From Eledone cirrhosa (lineage: Eukaryota): a stretch of 64,000 nucleotides of DNA. Location of the stretch: contig OZ024743.1 in assembly GCA_964016885.1 (NCBI GenBank), positions 66,464,001-66,528,000 of the forward strand. The letters are read 5' to 3'. Position numbers and translations under genes: made by a program. Under the pieces are notes generated by a model. It had not been told where the DNA came from and searched no databases. It was given only the letters and a program-made list of their open reading frames with translations. Shown here piece after piece: positions 1 through 13,500 of this stretch (positions are counted from its first letter, which is position 1; every line of letters starts with the position of its first letter).

Positions 1-802
<802 letters not shown>

Positions 803-1302
803 CCAAATGTTAAAGAAGTTTCATTAAAGCACTCAACAAGAACGTTTTCTGGAGTCGTTTTCAGATGTTTTTTTCGGTCACGCATCATGTCCCTTTCTTC
901 TTTCTTTCTTTCTTTTTATCTCTTTTCCTTGTGCTGTTTATATATTCTATCATCTCTATATCCCTCTCCTTTCTTTTTATCTTCATCTTTTTTATCTTTT
1001 TCCCTTTTCTCTTCTATTTAGCACTCTCTCTCTCTCTCTTTTGTCTTTTTCTCTAACACGGATATTTACATATTTAAATATTTAACATTTATATACTTAT
1101 GTGTTTATTTATTTATTTATTTATTTCTTCTATACTTTCTCCTACCCACCCACTCCTAATACTGATATCTCGCTACTTACCCCTCTCTATCATATTTAGT
1201 TTGTCACACTTTTACTTGTGGTATATAAATATTGAGTTTTCTTGTAATAAATCACTGCCAAGACTGGAATTGAACCATCAGCACAGTTGAGGTATGTCAT
1301 AC

Positions 1303-1390
1303 ATCAATTTATGTATATTATCTGATGAGGACGTACTGAAAAAACAACACAGTACCTCCGAAATATATATAATAAAACATATATTTTGAT
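1303..1390 (+). ncRNA. Type I hammerhead ribozyme, family A
   Basis: CTGATGA (1322-1328), stem II GGACGTACTG/CAGTACCTCC, GAAA (1360-1363), palindromic stem III ATATATAT, AUA site at 1371, long imperfect stem I. Confidence 0.8.
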
Positions 1391-1443
1391 TATGTGAATG
1401 TATCCATTTATTAATATTTTAAATAATATATATATATATATAT

Positions 1444-1494
<51 letters not shown>

Positions 1495-1643
1495 TTTGAG
1501 TATGTGTTGGTTGTTTACCGATATTTCAGTATGCAGGGTAGAGCACTTAACGAAGTGCGCAGGTGGGTCTGTTTACTCCGGAGTATTGTAAAAACAAGAA
1601 GTGTAAGTCAACAGGTTAGAAATTAACTTCGTTTATTCATAAT

Positions 1644-1703
1644 CGCTGCTATATATATTTCAGTGATAGCCATTATTCAACAGCTATGACCTCAACAGGC
1701 AAT
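1644..1703 (-). ncRNA. Degenerate hammerhead ribozyme (same family as 33589)
   Basis: Minus strand: TGC-CTGTTGA-GGTCATAGC...GCTATCACT-GAAA-ATATATA-TA-GCA. One core mismatch. Confidence 0.5.
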
Positions 1704-1746
1704 AACAACTTGAACAGAAAAATCAGGAAAATATAATGTTAATCAA

Positions 1747-1850
1747 TTGATATGCTCAGATCCAGAGTGTGGTGTTAGTCCTCTAAGGAACTGAAAGCGC
1801 TTTCAGTTCCTTAAAGGTGTAACACCACACTCTGGATCTGAGCATATCAA
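1747..1850. repeat. 104-bp near-perfect palindrome
   Basis: TTGATATGCTCAGATCCAGAGTGTGGTGTTA... / ...TAACACCACACTCTGGATCTGAGCATATCAA, centred on GAAAGCGCTTTC. Confidence 0.95.
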
Positions 1851-1866
1851 CGAACTAACCAGGTAA

Positions 1867-2307
1867 AATCTATTACAACATATTATGTTTTCCTGTTTTT
1901 TCTGTTCAAGTTCTTACTATCTGAAATATGTACATATATATAAAGAAAAAAAGATGAAATCGAAAATGCAACTGGAGTCTTATTTAAAAAAATATATATA
2001 TTTATTTGGTTCCTTTACCGGTTTCGCAGTTCTTCTGCCTTTCAAAAGTAGAGTTGAGATGGAGGGTCTGTGGTTTTTCCCACATCAGATGAGAGAAAAA
2101 CCACAGACCCTCCATCTCAACTCTACTTTTGAAAGGCAGAAGAACTGCGAAACCGGTAAAGGAACCAAATAAATATATATATTTTTTTAAATAAGACTCC
2201 AGTTGCATTTTCGATTTCATCTTTTTTTCTTTATATATATGTACATATTTCAGATAGTAAGAACTTGAACAGAAAAAACAGGAAAACATAATATGTTGTA
2301 ATAGATT
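1867..2307. repeat. ~440-bp palindrome (about 210-bp arms) containing a dispersed repeat family
   Basis: Arms are reverse complements, centre ~2087. The inner part recurs at 23463-23660 (-), 41215-41440 (+) and 51540-51660 (-). Confidence 0.95.
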
Positions 2308-2344
2308 GTAATAATATGTTGTAATAGATATGTTGTAATAGATT

Positions 2345-4890
2345 GTAAACATTGCAATTGTATGTTTTCAAGAACATCGATTTATCCACGAAGTAAACGA
2401 TCCAGACAATCGCCCATAACATCGGCAAGTGTACTCTGTTTACTGCATCGGCACCAACAAATGACATCAGTGCTGCATTTGGAGAAGTTGGTTTGACTGT
2501 ATAAACACACATCCTTCCCTTACTTACAAAGGTAACCAAAGTCAATGATCGGATTTATTCTCAGAAGTATTCAACTGAAATCCCAAAACTTTTGTTTTTA
2601 TAAGTTGCTTTTCACTCCACAATAATTTGCCCGAAAAGGAAATAGAACATTTTTACCTTCAACTGAGTGCCACTGACTCTGAAGAACTCCTTTATGTCAT
2701 GTTAATTATTGGAAAAGACTTCAATGCGCAAGTTAGAGGTATATTTCATACCTCCAGAGTAGTAACAGAAACGGAATATTTCTAGAAGAGTTTCTAAATC
2801 AACATAATCTCTTAGTGGGAAATACCACTTTCCAGAAACCGAACCGGAGACTATGGACTTGAAGACGCACAGCTGGGCATTTTTCCCAACTTGATTTTAT
2901 CATTTAGAGGAAACAATGGGGAAACAGCATTCATGATTGCCAGGCATATACTTTTTCTGTCGTCGTAGGGGATATCACAACATTATCACAGCCAAAGATC
3001 AACTTAGCCTTCGCTCAAACTGGGTGGCGCTGAGGGAAGATGTCAACCTTTCAAGAACAATTGATGACTCAATTTTGAATCTTTGCCTTCTGAAAAGAGA
3101 AATTATACTTCATTATTGTCCATCTGTAATGAGGTGAGTGAGGGAATCCTACTAAGACGCTTTTGTAGAGCTACATCCAATATGGAAAATGTAACAATAG
3201 CTAGTCAGAAGCGACGCCCTTAAATCTGCAGTTTCAGATGTACAGCATTACCAGATAATTCAGTGCTATTCTTTCGACAATCTGGAGGATGACCCAGTGA
3301 ATCTTGGGGACTGATAACAGAACTTTCTGCTAAGAAGAAGAGGCAGATTGTGATATATGCCCAATGGGAAGACTTGGAGGGAACACTTCCATAAACTCAT
3401 ATCAGATGACAATTATTCTGAGGCAGACATAGCGATTGACCCTGCATTTGAAGTCCATCCAGAGATAAGCATCGCTGAAATCTTCATAGAGGAGGTGGGT
3501 ACTGAACTAAAAGCATTGAAACCAGCCAAAGCTCTTGGGCGTGATGGCCTAACTGTAGACGTATGTAAACTACCCAAAGTTCGCAAGTTTCTAAGAGACT
3601 TGAATGGTATCGGTCTGAGGAGTGTGGAATATCAGGACTCGTACCAATACCCAAGAAAAGTGGCCTTACTATCTGCACCAACTTGAGAAGCATCAGACTT
3701 ACGAAAATAGCAGCAAAGGTTTACAATAGGATGATCCCGAATAGGATCAGACCATATTTCGACAATATTTTACGTTCCAGCCAACATGGATTTCGGCCAT
3801 TTCGTTCTAGTGCTCCGCGCATCTTGGTTCTAAGAAGGATTGTTGAGGAGGTAGGAGATCTCAAGAAGGAGATATCAAGAAGGCTTTTGATTCGATCGAT
3901 TGAAAGAAGATGCCCAACATTCTTCTTGCGCATGAGATAACCCATCAGATCATGAATACAATTAAAGTCATGTATGAGAATACTTCAGCACTTGAGATGA
4001 CAATCGAGAGAAACTCAGACCTATTTTCCATTGATACCGAAGTCTTCAAGGGAGATCCTCTGGCCCATTTCCCTTTTGTGATATGCCTTGATTATGTACT
4101 GCTTAATGCCATTACACCATTAGACGGAATAATGCTGAAATGTTGACAAAATATCTGATATCCGGAGGAATTTCCACCTGAAATGGCTTAGGCAGATGAC
4201 AAAGCTCTCCTGGAAAACATCTAAAAAGACGCCGAGGACATGCCACACAGAGTGGAGACTGCAGTACAGTCCATTTGAATCGTCTTGAATGCTGACAAAA
4301 CAAAATTAATGCATCTCAATGCAACGTCAAATAAACAAATACACGTGCTTGACAGTTTGGAGATTGAGGAAATGGAATATTTCTTATACCTTGGCAGTTT
4401 TATGAACACAGAGCATGTTGTGGACACCAGGATAGGCAAGTAATAGGGAGCTCTCAACTCCTTGTCAAAGGTGTGATTATCTCTGATCAAGAAAACTACG
4501 AAATTGAGATTTCTTAAAGCAATGGTTGAGTCCACTCTTTTCTAGTGACACTAACAAAAACACTTACAATGAGAATTAATGGCACGTTCACGCGGATGCT
4601 AACAAAGGTTCACAACACATCCTGAATAAAACACATAGCGAATAAATCGCCCTACGGTTAATATCCTCGCCTGTCTGACATCATATGGCGTACGTGGCTC
4701 ACATTAGCCGGACATGTGAAACTTTACAGTGAACCTGCTAGAAACCTGACGTATGCAGACGAGATGGTAGACCAATGACTACGCTGAAGGATTTTCTTCA
4801 AGATGACACCGGGTTAGAAGCAGGGGACATTCAGACGGTAATGCGAAAGGAAAAAACATCTTCATGGCACCGGTAACGGATATATAGAAG
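2345..4890 (+). mobile_element. Degenerate RTE/RTEX-type LINE (APE endonuclease + RT pseudogene)
   Basis: Colinear motifs across broken frames: LIIGKDFNAQ, LVGNTTFQKPNRRLWT, SSQHGFRPFRS, FKGDPLAHFPFVICLDY, A*ADDKALL, LTLAGHV. Confidence 0.9.
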
Positions 4891-4978
<88 letters not shown>

Positions 4979-5112
4979 CCACACACACTGTGTGTGTATA
5001 TATAGATATATATATATATATATGTATGTAAAAGGTAAACAGTAGTAACAACACAATCAGTACAATATATAGAAGGTATATATTAGGCTAACGCTTAATA
5101 TAGCAGGAAGAG

Positions 5113-5152
5113 AGTCTTAACGTTTCGGATGCTATTCCTTCATTAGAAGAAA
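5113..5152 (-). ncRNA. Minimal hammerhead ribozyme, family B (core mutated)
   Basis: Minus strand: CTAATGA-AGGAATAGCATCC-GAAACGTTA. Flanks homologous to 25018 and 30025. Confidence 0.5.
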
Positions 5153-5471
5153 GAATGAGAAATAATATATATATATATATATATATAACGGCGATGAATT
5201 TGTTTTGCAAGTTTTTTTTTATATGAAATCGTGTGTTGAAACAAATATTGTTATATTTGGGGAGCGTCATGATTGCCAGCTAAGTTAACTGTCGGGATAT
5301 AAAAGATACAGAAGCGAAAACCAATCCAAACCAAACAGTGAGTGTGTTTTACTATTATTTCTGGCAATATACCGTCACCGAATCAGCATTTTTTTTACCT
5401 GTTGTACAAACCTGGCTGGACACAGAACACTGCACAAACATTCTAATAGTTCTATAGAGTTATGAAATAAT

Positions 5472-5651
5472 TGTTTCTACTTTTGGCACAAGGCCATCAA
5501 TTACCCAGTACATTACTGGTACTTTATTTTATCGACCCCGTAAGGATGAAAGGCAAAGTTAACTTCGGCGGGATTTGAACTCAAACCGTAAAGGGACGTA
5601 ACTATGCTGGAAAGCATGGCGTCCGACTCTCTACCGATACTGCCAATCCAC
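5472..5651 (-). mobile_element. tRNA-derived SINE with Meta-like central domain and 18-bp target-site duplication
   Basis: A box TGGCAGTATCGG, B box GAGTTCAAATCC, core GCCTTTCATCCTTACGGGGTCGATAAAATAAAGTACC. TSD ATAGAGTTATGAAATAAT at 5454-5471 and 5652-5669. Confidence 0.9.
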
Positions 5652-5989
5652 ATAGAGTTATGAAATAATACATATGAATAAGCCATAGATGACGAACATC
5701 ATTAAGTAATGTCAGTTTCATGAGGAGATAAAATGCCTCCATCCTTTTGAAGGGAAAAAAAAAAAAAAAAAAATGAGTATAAATCCTGGAAAACTGTAAG
5801 TCCGATATTGGAAAAAAAAAAAAAAAAGAAAATCACAAAGGATTGACACTCCAAATTCACTATTTTCCTTTTACTTTGCTCCACTTTTCAAATTAAATGA
5901 CACGACGGTTCAGTTATATTCAAATATTGTAAGCGCGTCCATTGAGAATATCGTCTTTGACAAACTGCTCAGTTGCTCGCATGTGTGTG

Positions 5990-8830
5990 TGCTGAATTCT
6001 GGGTCTTTCCGCTGGGAACAACCCCTTCTTCCCCCCCCATCCCTTTTTTGTGTACATCCATCCATTCACTCATTCATTTACTGCCATTCTACCTTCCTGT
6101 GTCTCCCCCTCCATGCAGCCCCTTTTCGCTCTCGTTTTCTGGCACCTCCATATATATAGGTGAGCTATGCTGCCCTCTTACCAGCACTTTCCCTTCCAAC
6201 CACACACACCAGCCACCCACTCCTGATGCTGCTCGGTGCCCCGGGGCGGCCGGTCAGCAGCAGCCTTCGTCAAGGCCAATGTCTCGTCATTTGGGCGAGC
6301 GCCCATTCCAAGCGTGCCCAGGGACGTCACACACCCAACCCTTAGGTACCCCCTATCCTCCACCCCCGAGGCCAGCGCCAAGCGTTTGCGTGACCAGGTA
6401 AACGCAAAGCTTATCATGGGTGATGTCTTGGCCGCAGTTAGAGTTGTTGCCTCAGAGGACACTGTCCTCCAACCCACCGAGGAGATCCTGGCTGCTCTGC
6501 GGCTCAAACACCCTGAGCCACCCACTGATCTCAGACCCATTCCCCCATCCGACCCCCACCTGCTCCTTGTGGATACTGATGCAGATATCATGTCCGCCAT
6601 CAGGTCCTTCCCAGCTAGCAGTTGCGGAGGTGTTGATGGTCTCCGACCAGGCCACCCCAAGGAGTTGACATCCCCCTCTCCGCTGAGGCCGAGCTCCGCC
6701 TTCTGAATGCAATTGTGGCGCTCACCAATAGGCTCATTCATGATGCCCCCGATCCTTACGCCCGAGGCCTCTTTTTTTCGGCCAGCCTCACCGCTCTCAG
6801 GAAGAAAGAGCACCCTCTTTCTTCCTGAGAGCCATTGCTGTGGGCAATGTCTTCCGGAGGCTGACTGCCAAGGTGATCTGCAAGTCCGTCACACACGAAC
6901 TGGGTGAGGAGTTTAGTCCAGTGCAACTGGGTGTCGGCGTGTCCGGTGGCTGTGAGGGAGCCTCTCATGCAATCAGGCAGTTCTTCAGCAGCTGCCCATC
7001 GGTACCGGCATCCAGGGACTCCAGGCACCTCATTGTCAAGCTTGACATGAGGAATGCCTTTAACTCTTTACGCCGGGATCATCTGCTCGAGGCCTGCCTC
7101 AGCCGAGCCCTCTCTGCCTACCCGCTGGCCTACCTGTCATATGGAGCCCCGAGCATGCTCCTAGCTGCTGATACGGTCATACCCTCGGCTACTGGGATCC
7201 AACAGGGCGATCCTTTGGGACCCCTCCTTCACCTTTGGTATTGACCACATCGCCCGGAGTATCACGGACCCTCTCAACGTTTAGTATCTGGATGATGCTA
7301 CGTTGGGCGAGCCCGTACGGACGGTCTGCCAAGACCTTCAATCGGTGATTCCTGCCCTGGCGGGAATCGGCCTCCAGGTCAACTCGGCCAAGTCGGAGGT
7401 GGTGAACGTCAGCCTCGATGCTGTGAGCTTTGCAGCCTCCGTCTTGGACGTGCGGTCCATTCTCCGCCAGGTTCAGGTGACCCCCAAAGAGGATGTCCTC
7501 ATCCTCGGGTCACCGATCCACCCGCCGGCCATCCGCTCCACCATCAGGTCCAGGCTTCAACAGCTCCAGACTCTCACGAGCCGACTGGGCTTGATTGACG
7601 GCCACCCAGCTCTCTATCTGCTGAGGAACTGCTTTGCCGAAGCTCCTCTATACACTCCGCAGCGCTCCATGCTACACCCAGACATCTCTCCTCGCTGACC
7701 TCGATACTTGTATCCGAGCAGCAGCCGAGGGGATATACAACGTCAAGTTTGACGACATAGGGTGGCAACAGGCCACTTTACCGGTCAGGTATGGAGCGCT
7801 AGGCCTCCGGTCCCCGATCTCACTAGCTTTGCCGGCGTATCTTTCGTTGGTAACCTCGTGCTGCGTCCTCGTCAGCAGGGTTCTTCAAAACACAACAGAA
7901 CCCTCTGTGTTCAGAGAACGTGAGGCCGCCTGTGAGACGTGGGACCGGCTGGGACTTAGCCCAGTAGACGTCCCTTCTCCTTCTCCCCCTGTTGACGTCA
8001 AGTCCACCCAACGCACTTGGGATGCCATCCAGTGCAGCCTGGTCTCAGACAGGCTCACGCGCCAGCTCGACCAGCACCGCCTTGCTTGTTTTCGTGCGGC
8101 CTCCAAACCCCAGAGTGGTGCCTGGCTCCATGCTCTGCCCTCCACTGGCACGCAGCTAGACAACCATAGCCTGCGAATAGGCGTTTCCCTGAGGCTCGGC
8201 CTCCGGATCTGCCAGCCACACCAATGTCGCTGCGGTTCCACCGTGGACTCTTTCGGCCTCCACCCGCTTTCCTGTCGCCACAGTGCCGGCAGCATTCCAC
8301 GCCATACTGCCCTCAATGAGGTCATTAAGCATGGCTTGGACGCTGCAGGCTTCCCTTCCCAGCTCGAACCGGTGGGGCTGGATCGAGGGGACGGCAAAAA
8401 GCCAGATGGCATGACCATCTGCCCGTTCCGCGGTGGAAAACCCCTCGTCTGGGATGCCACTTGCACCGACACTTTCTGCAGCCGCAACCTGGTGCAGTCT
8501 GCGACTGACCCAGGTTCTGCTGCACGTCGGGCTGAGGAGACCAAACTCCTCAAATACCGGTCGCTCTCCGACAGGTTTGCGGTCGTTCCCCTGGCAGTGG
8601 AAACTTCTGGTGTCCTCGGCCCCAGGGCTACATCCTTACTCACCACCATAGGCGCTGAGCTGGTCAGCCGTAGGTGTGAGCCCCGCGAGTTGGAGTGGCT
8701 TTTCCAGCGCGTCTCCCTTGCCGTCCACCGGGGAAACGCCTTCTCCATTCTGTCCGCCGGGGCTATGGGTGGGCCCCATCGCGTACCATTACATTAGTTA
8801 ACTACCATTCTTTCATCTCAAACAATAACA
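5990..8830 (+). mobile_element. CRE-clade non-LTR retrotransposon (RT + zinc knuckle + restriction-like endonuclease), frameshifted
   Basis: GVDGLRP, GNVFRRL, QLGVGVSGGCE, KLDMRNAFNS, IQQGDPLGP, *YLDD, GALGLRS, CRCG..H..SC, RHTALN, KPDG, WDATC, VETSGVLGP, FQRVSLAVHRGNA. Confidence 0.92.
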
Positions 8831-9414
8831 GTACTTTTACACTGTTGTGTTAATTATAACAATATGATCCTTCCCAAACGTTTCGGTTTGGGATCAAATT
8901 TATTCAGAGCTTTCATGTTGCATTTCGACAGAAATCTAAAATATAAGGAAGAGCATTTCACATCTTAATCCCAACAGAAACCAGTTTCTCTACGTTGCTG
9001 GTCTTACATTCATAGCAGAAACTTATTAGCTGAACTGGGTGACCTGAAGATAGACTGTCACAGAGCAAAGAGTCTCACTGAATGAAAGTCACCCATTAGG
9101 TGACATGAAGACACAATAGCACGTCTTAATCGACTGGGAGGAGGACTGATAGACTCGTTACTTCGTTGGACAAAATGTTTTATGGCATTTATTCGCGTAA
9201 TTTTGGTGCGGAGGAGCAAAGGTCATTAGGTTAACCCCAATAGCTGTCTGGTATTTTAATTTATTGAACTCGGAAAGATGAAAGGCAAAGTTCACCTCGG
9301 TGGAATTTAAACTCAAAACGCAGAGACATGGAACAAATATCCAAAGATCTAGTTTAGTGAAATTGACCACCTTATATACATACATAGATATACACATATA
9401 CACACATACATACA

Positions 9415-9494
<80 letters not shown>

Positions 9495-9504
9495 GGAGAG
9501 AGAG

Positions 9505-9623
9505 AATAAGGAAAAGCGAAGTAGTTTCAGATGTTCAAGTCCTTTAATAATAATGCTGTGATATATATTTCAATGGCGGAAGTGGCCACACTGTTCTGTG
9601 CGCCTACTTCGCTTTTCCTTATT
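9505..9623. repeat. Short inverted repeat enclosing a hammerhead 3' half
   Basis: AATAAGGAAAAGCGAAGTAG / CTACTTCGCTTTTCCTTATT, with internal minus-strand GAAA-TATATA-TC. Confidence 0.7.
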
Positions 9624-9700
9624 CAATATTTACTCCGTCACTCCTATGTGGAATAAGTACGTTGATTGCTTGATTTGAATTGCATCAATGTTTACCCTAA

Positions 9701-9763
<63 letters not shown>

Positions 9764-9801
9764 TAAATATACACGGGTGTGTATGATTGTGTATAGAAGA
9801 T

Positions 9802-10137
9802 TATATTAATAAAAGGAATTCCAACTTTGTCTGATTTACTCGTTTTATTTACAATCCTTTAAAATTTATAATGGTATTATAATGAAATAGTATGATAGAA
9901 TATTAAATGTTAAGTGTTAATTGAACAAGTACTTTCATGCTTTCGCAATCTTCAGGTTCATAATGTGTGGTGACAGTCAAGTTTGCAATTTTCAACTGTC
10001 AGTTGAAAACTTGTTCAATTAACACTTAACATTTAATATTCTATCATACTATTTCATTATAATACGATTATAAATTTTAAAGGATTGTAAATAAAACGAG
10101 TAAATCAGACAAAGTTGGAATTCCTTTTATTAATATA
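9802..10137. mobile_element. Fold-back element (~128-bp arms) in TA context, PLE-like non-autonomous
   Basis: Arms 9802-9930 and 10009-10137 are nearly perfect reverse complements. A hammerhead sits at the arm/spacer junction. Confidence 0.75.
9922..9960 (-). ncRNA. Minimal type I hammerhead ribozyme
   Basis: Minus strand: TGAAC-CTGAAGA-T-TGC-GAAA-GCA-T-GAAA-GTAC-TT-GTTCA. Perfect 5-bp stem I, GNRA-capped stem II, palindromic stem III AAGTACTT. Confidence 0.85.
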
Positions 10138-10224
10138 TATATATATATGTATATATATATTCTTGCTCCTCAAAGTAAGGCAAATAAAGCCACTGAAAAA
10201 GACAGAAAGAATATAATTCAAATA

Positions 10225-10563
10225 GAGACAAAATGACAATTCAAGCTACTTTTTAAGTGTTGCAAACTGTAGTGGTCAGGAAAGTGAGAAATCGGAAGAC
10301 AATCCCATAGGTGAGATGTGCGAAAGAAGAAATTATCGGAATAGTGTTTGCGTTTGCCTTAAAGGAACTTCAACTGTAAATGGCTGAGATCTAGTGCTCT
10401 GATTAATTTGAAGAAGACGAGGTAATAAAGAAGAAAGCTCATCAGAACTATTTATATAGAATTATTTATAAAAAAGTTAAAGAGAAACAATATTTTGATG
10501 GTGTGATAGTGATTGAAGATGAAATGGTATGTCAGGACCAATGACGTTGACGATAATTCTTTG
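10225..10563 (-). mobile_element. 3' fragment of a CR1/Jockey-group LINE (post-RT region)
   Basis: Minus translation IQRIIVNVIGPD..LQSLSHHQNIVSL*LFYK*F..SDELSSLLP..STRSQPFTVEVP..FFFRTSHLWDCLP..FPDHYSL. Confidence 0.8.
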
Positions 10564-13500
10564 AATGTTATCTAGATTCTCAAGGTCCATGGTAGAAGCA
10601 CCAGTCCAGCTATATCTTTGGATGTTATCTAGATTCTCCAGGTCCATGGAAGAAGCACCAGTTCAGCTATATCTTTGGATGTTATCTAGATTCTCAAGGT
10701 CTATGGTAGAAGCACGAGTCCAGCTATATCTTTGGATGTTATCTAGATTCTCAAGGTCTATGGTAGAAGCACCAGTCCAGCTATATCTTTGGATGTTATC
10801 TAGATTCTCAAGGTCCATGGTAGAAGCACCAGTCCAGCTATATCTTTGGATGTTATCTAGATTCTCCAGGTCCATGGAAGAAGCACCAGTCCAGCTATAT
10901 CTTTGGATGTTACTAGATTCTCAAGGTCCATGGAAGAAGCACCAGTCCAGCTATATCTTTGGATGTTATCTAGATTCTCAAGGTCCATGGTAGAAGCACC
11001 AGTCCAGCTATATATTTGGATGTTACTAGATTCTCAAGGTCCATGGAAGAAGCACCAGTCCAGCTATATCTTTGGATGTTATCTAGATTCTCCAGGTCCA
11101 TGGAAGAAGCACCAGTCCAGCTATATCTTTGGATGTTACTAGATTCTCAAGGTCCATGGTAGAAGCACCAGTCCAGCTATATCTTTGGATGTTATCTAGA
11201 TTCTCCAGGTCCATGGAAGAAGCACCAGTCCAGCTATATCTTTGGATGTTACTAGATTCTCAAGGTCCATGGAAGAAGCACCAGTCCAGCTATATCTTTG
11301 GATGTTATCTAGATTCTCAAGGTCCATGGTAGAAGCACCAGTCCAGCTATATCTTTGGATGTTACTAGATTCTCAAGGTCCATGGAAGAAGCACCAGTCC
11401 AGCTATATCTTTGGATGTTACTAGATTCTCAAGGTCCATGGAAGAAGCACCAGTCCAGCTATATCTTTGGATGTTACTAGATTCTCAAGGTCCATGGAAG
11501 AAGCACCAGTCCAGCTATATCTTTGGATGTTACTAGATTCTCAAGGTCTATGGTAGAAGCACCAGTCCAGCTATATCTTTGGATGTTATCTAGATTCTCA
11601 AGGTCCATGGTAGAAGCACCAGTCCAGCTATATCTTTGGATGTTATCTAGATTCTCAAGGTCTATGGTAGAAGCACCAGTCCAGCTATATCTTTGGATGT
11701 TATCTAGATTCTCAAGGTCTATGGTAGAAGCACCAGTCCAGCTGTATCTTTGGATGTTACTAGATTCTCAAGGTCCATGGTAGAAGCACCAGTCCAGCTA
11801 TATCTTTGGATGTTATCTAGATTCTCAAGGTCTATGGTAGAAGCACCAGTCCAGCTGTATCTTTGGATGTTACTAGATTCTCAAGGTCCATGGTAGAAGC
11901 ACCAGTCCAGCTATATCTTTGGATGTTATCTAGATTCTCAAGGTCTATGGTAGAAGCACCAGTCCAGCTATATCTTTGGATGTTATCTAGATTCTCAAGG
12001 TCCATGGTAGAAGCACCAGTCCAGCCATATCTTTGGATGTTATCTAGATTCTCAAGGTCCATGGTAGAAGCACCAGTCCAGCCATATCTTTGGATGTTAT
12101 CTAGATTCTCAAGGTCTATGGTAGAAGCACCAGTCCAGCTATATCTTTGGATGTTATCTAGATTCTCAAGGTCCATGGTAGAAGCACCAGTCCAGCTATA
12201 TCTTTGGATGTTATCTAGATTCTCAAGGTCCATGGTAGAAGCACCAGTCCAGCTATATCTTTGGATGTTATCTAGATTCTCAAGGTCTATGGTAGAAGCA
12301 CCAGTCCAGCTATATCTTTGGATGTTATCTAGATTCTCAAGGTCCATGGTAGAAGCACCAGTCCAGCTATATCTTTGGATGTTACTAGATTCTCAAGGTC
12401 CATGGAAGAAGCACCAGTCCAGCTATATCTTTGGATGTTACTAGATTCTCAAGGTCCATGGAAGAAGCACCAGTCCAGCTATATCTTTGGATGTTACTAG
12501 ATTCTCAAGGTCCATGGAAGAAGCACCAGTCCAGCTATATCTTTGGATGTTATCTAGATTCTCAAGGTCCATGGTAGAAGCACCAGTCCAGCCATATCTT
12601 TGGATGTTATCTAGATTCTCAAGGTCCATGGTAGAAGCACCAGTCCAGCCATATCTTTGGATGTTATCTAGATTCTCAAGGTCCATGGTAGAAGCACCAG
12701 TCCAGCTATATCTTTGGATGTTATCTAGATTCTCAAGGTCCATGGTAGAAGCACCAGTCCAGCTATATCTTTGGATGTTATCTAGATTCTCAAGGTCCAT
12801 GGTAGAAGCACCAGTCCAGCTATATCTTTGGATGTTATCTAGATTCTCAAGGTCTATGGTAGAAGCACCAGTCCAGCTATATCTTTGGATGTTATCTAGA
12901 TTCTCAAGGTCCATGGTAGAAGCACCAGTCCAGCTATATCTTTGGATGTTATCTACATTCTTAAGGTCCATGGTAGAAGCACCAGTCCAGCTATATCTTT
13001 GGATGTTATCTAGATTCTCAAGGTCCATGGTAGAAGCACCAGTCCAGCTATATCTTTGGATGTTATCTACATTCTCAAGGTCCATGGTAAAAGCACCAGT
13101 CCAGCTATATCTTTGGATGTTATCTAGATTCTCAAGGTCCATGGTAGAAGCACCAGTCCAGCTATATCTTAGGATGTTATCTAGATTCTCAAGGTCTATG
13201 GTAGAAGCACCAGTCCAGCTATATCTTTGGATGTTATCTAGATTCTCAAGGTCCATGGTAGAAGCACCAGTCCAGCTATATCTTAGGATGTTATCTAGAT
13301 TCCCAAGGTCTATGGTAGAAGCACCAGTCCAGCTATATCTTAGGATGTTATCTAGATTCTCAAGGTCTATGGTAGAAGCACCAGTCCAGCTATATCTTTG
13401 GATGTTATCTAGATTCTCAAGGTCCATGGTAGAAGCACCAGTCCAGCTATATCTTTGGATGTTATCTAGATTCTCAAGGTCCATGGAAGAAGCACCAGTC

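Noticed and set aside
1885-2352. Identical peptides on both strands as duplicated genes
   Set aside because: A consequence of the palindrome, with no coding signature.
5580-5650. tRNA genes at the A/B boxes here and at 37444 and 63690
   Set aside because: These are SINE heads fused to core and tail, with no full cloverleaf.
7885-8748. 287-aa antisense ORF in the CRE element
   Set aside because: Shadow ORF of GC-rich coding sequence, with no recognisable motifs.
10436-10448. CTGATGA on the minus strand as a hammerhead (also + strand at ~47854)
   Set aside because: Lies within LINE or PLE coding sequence, with no matching GAAA and stems.
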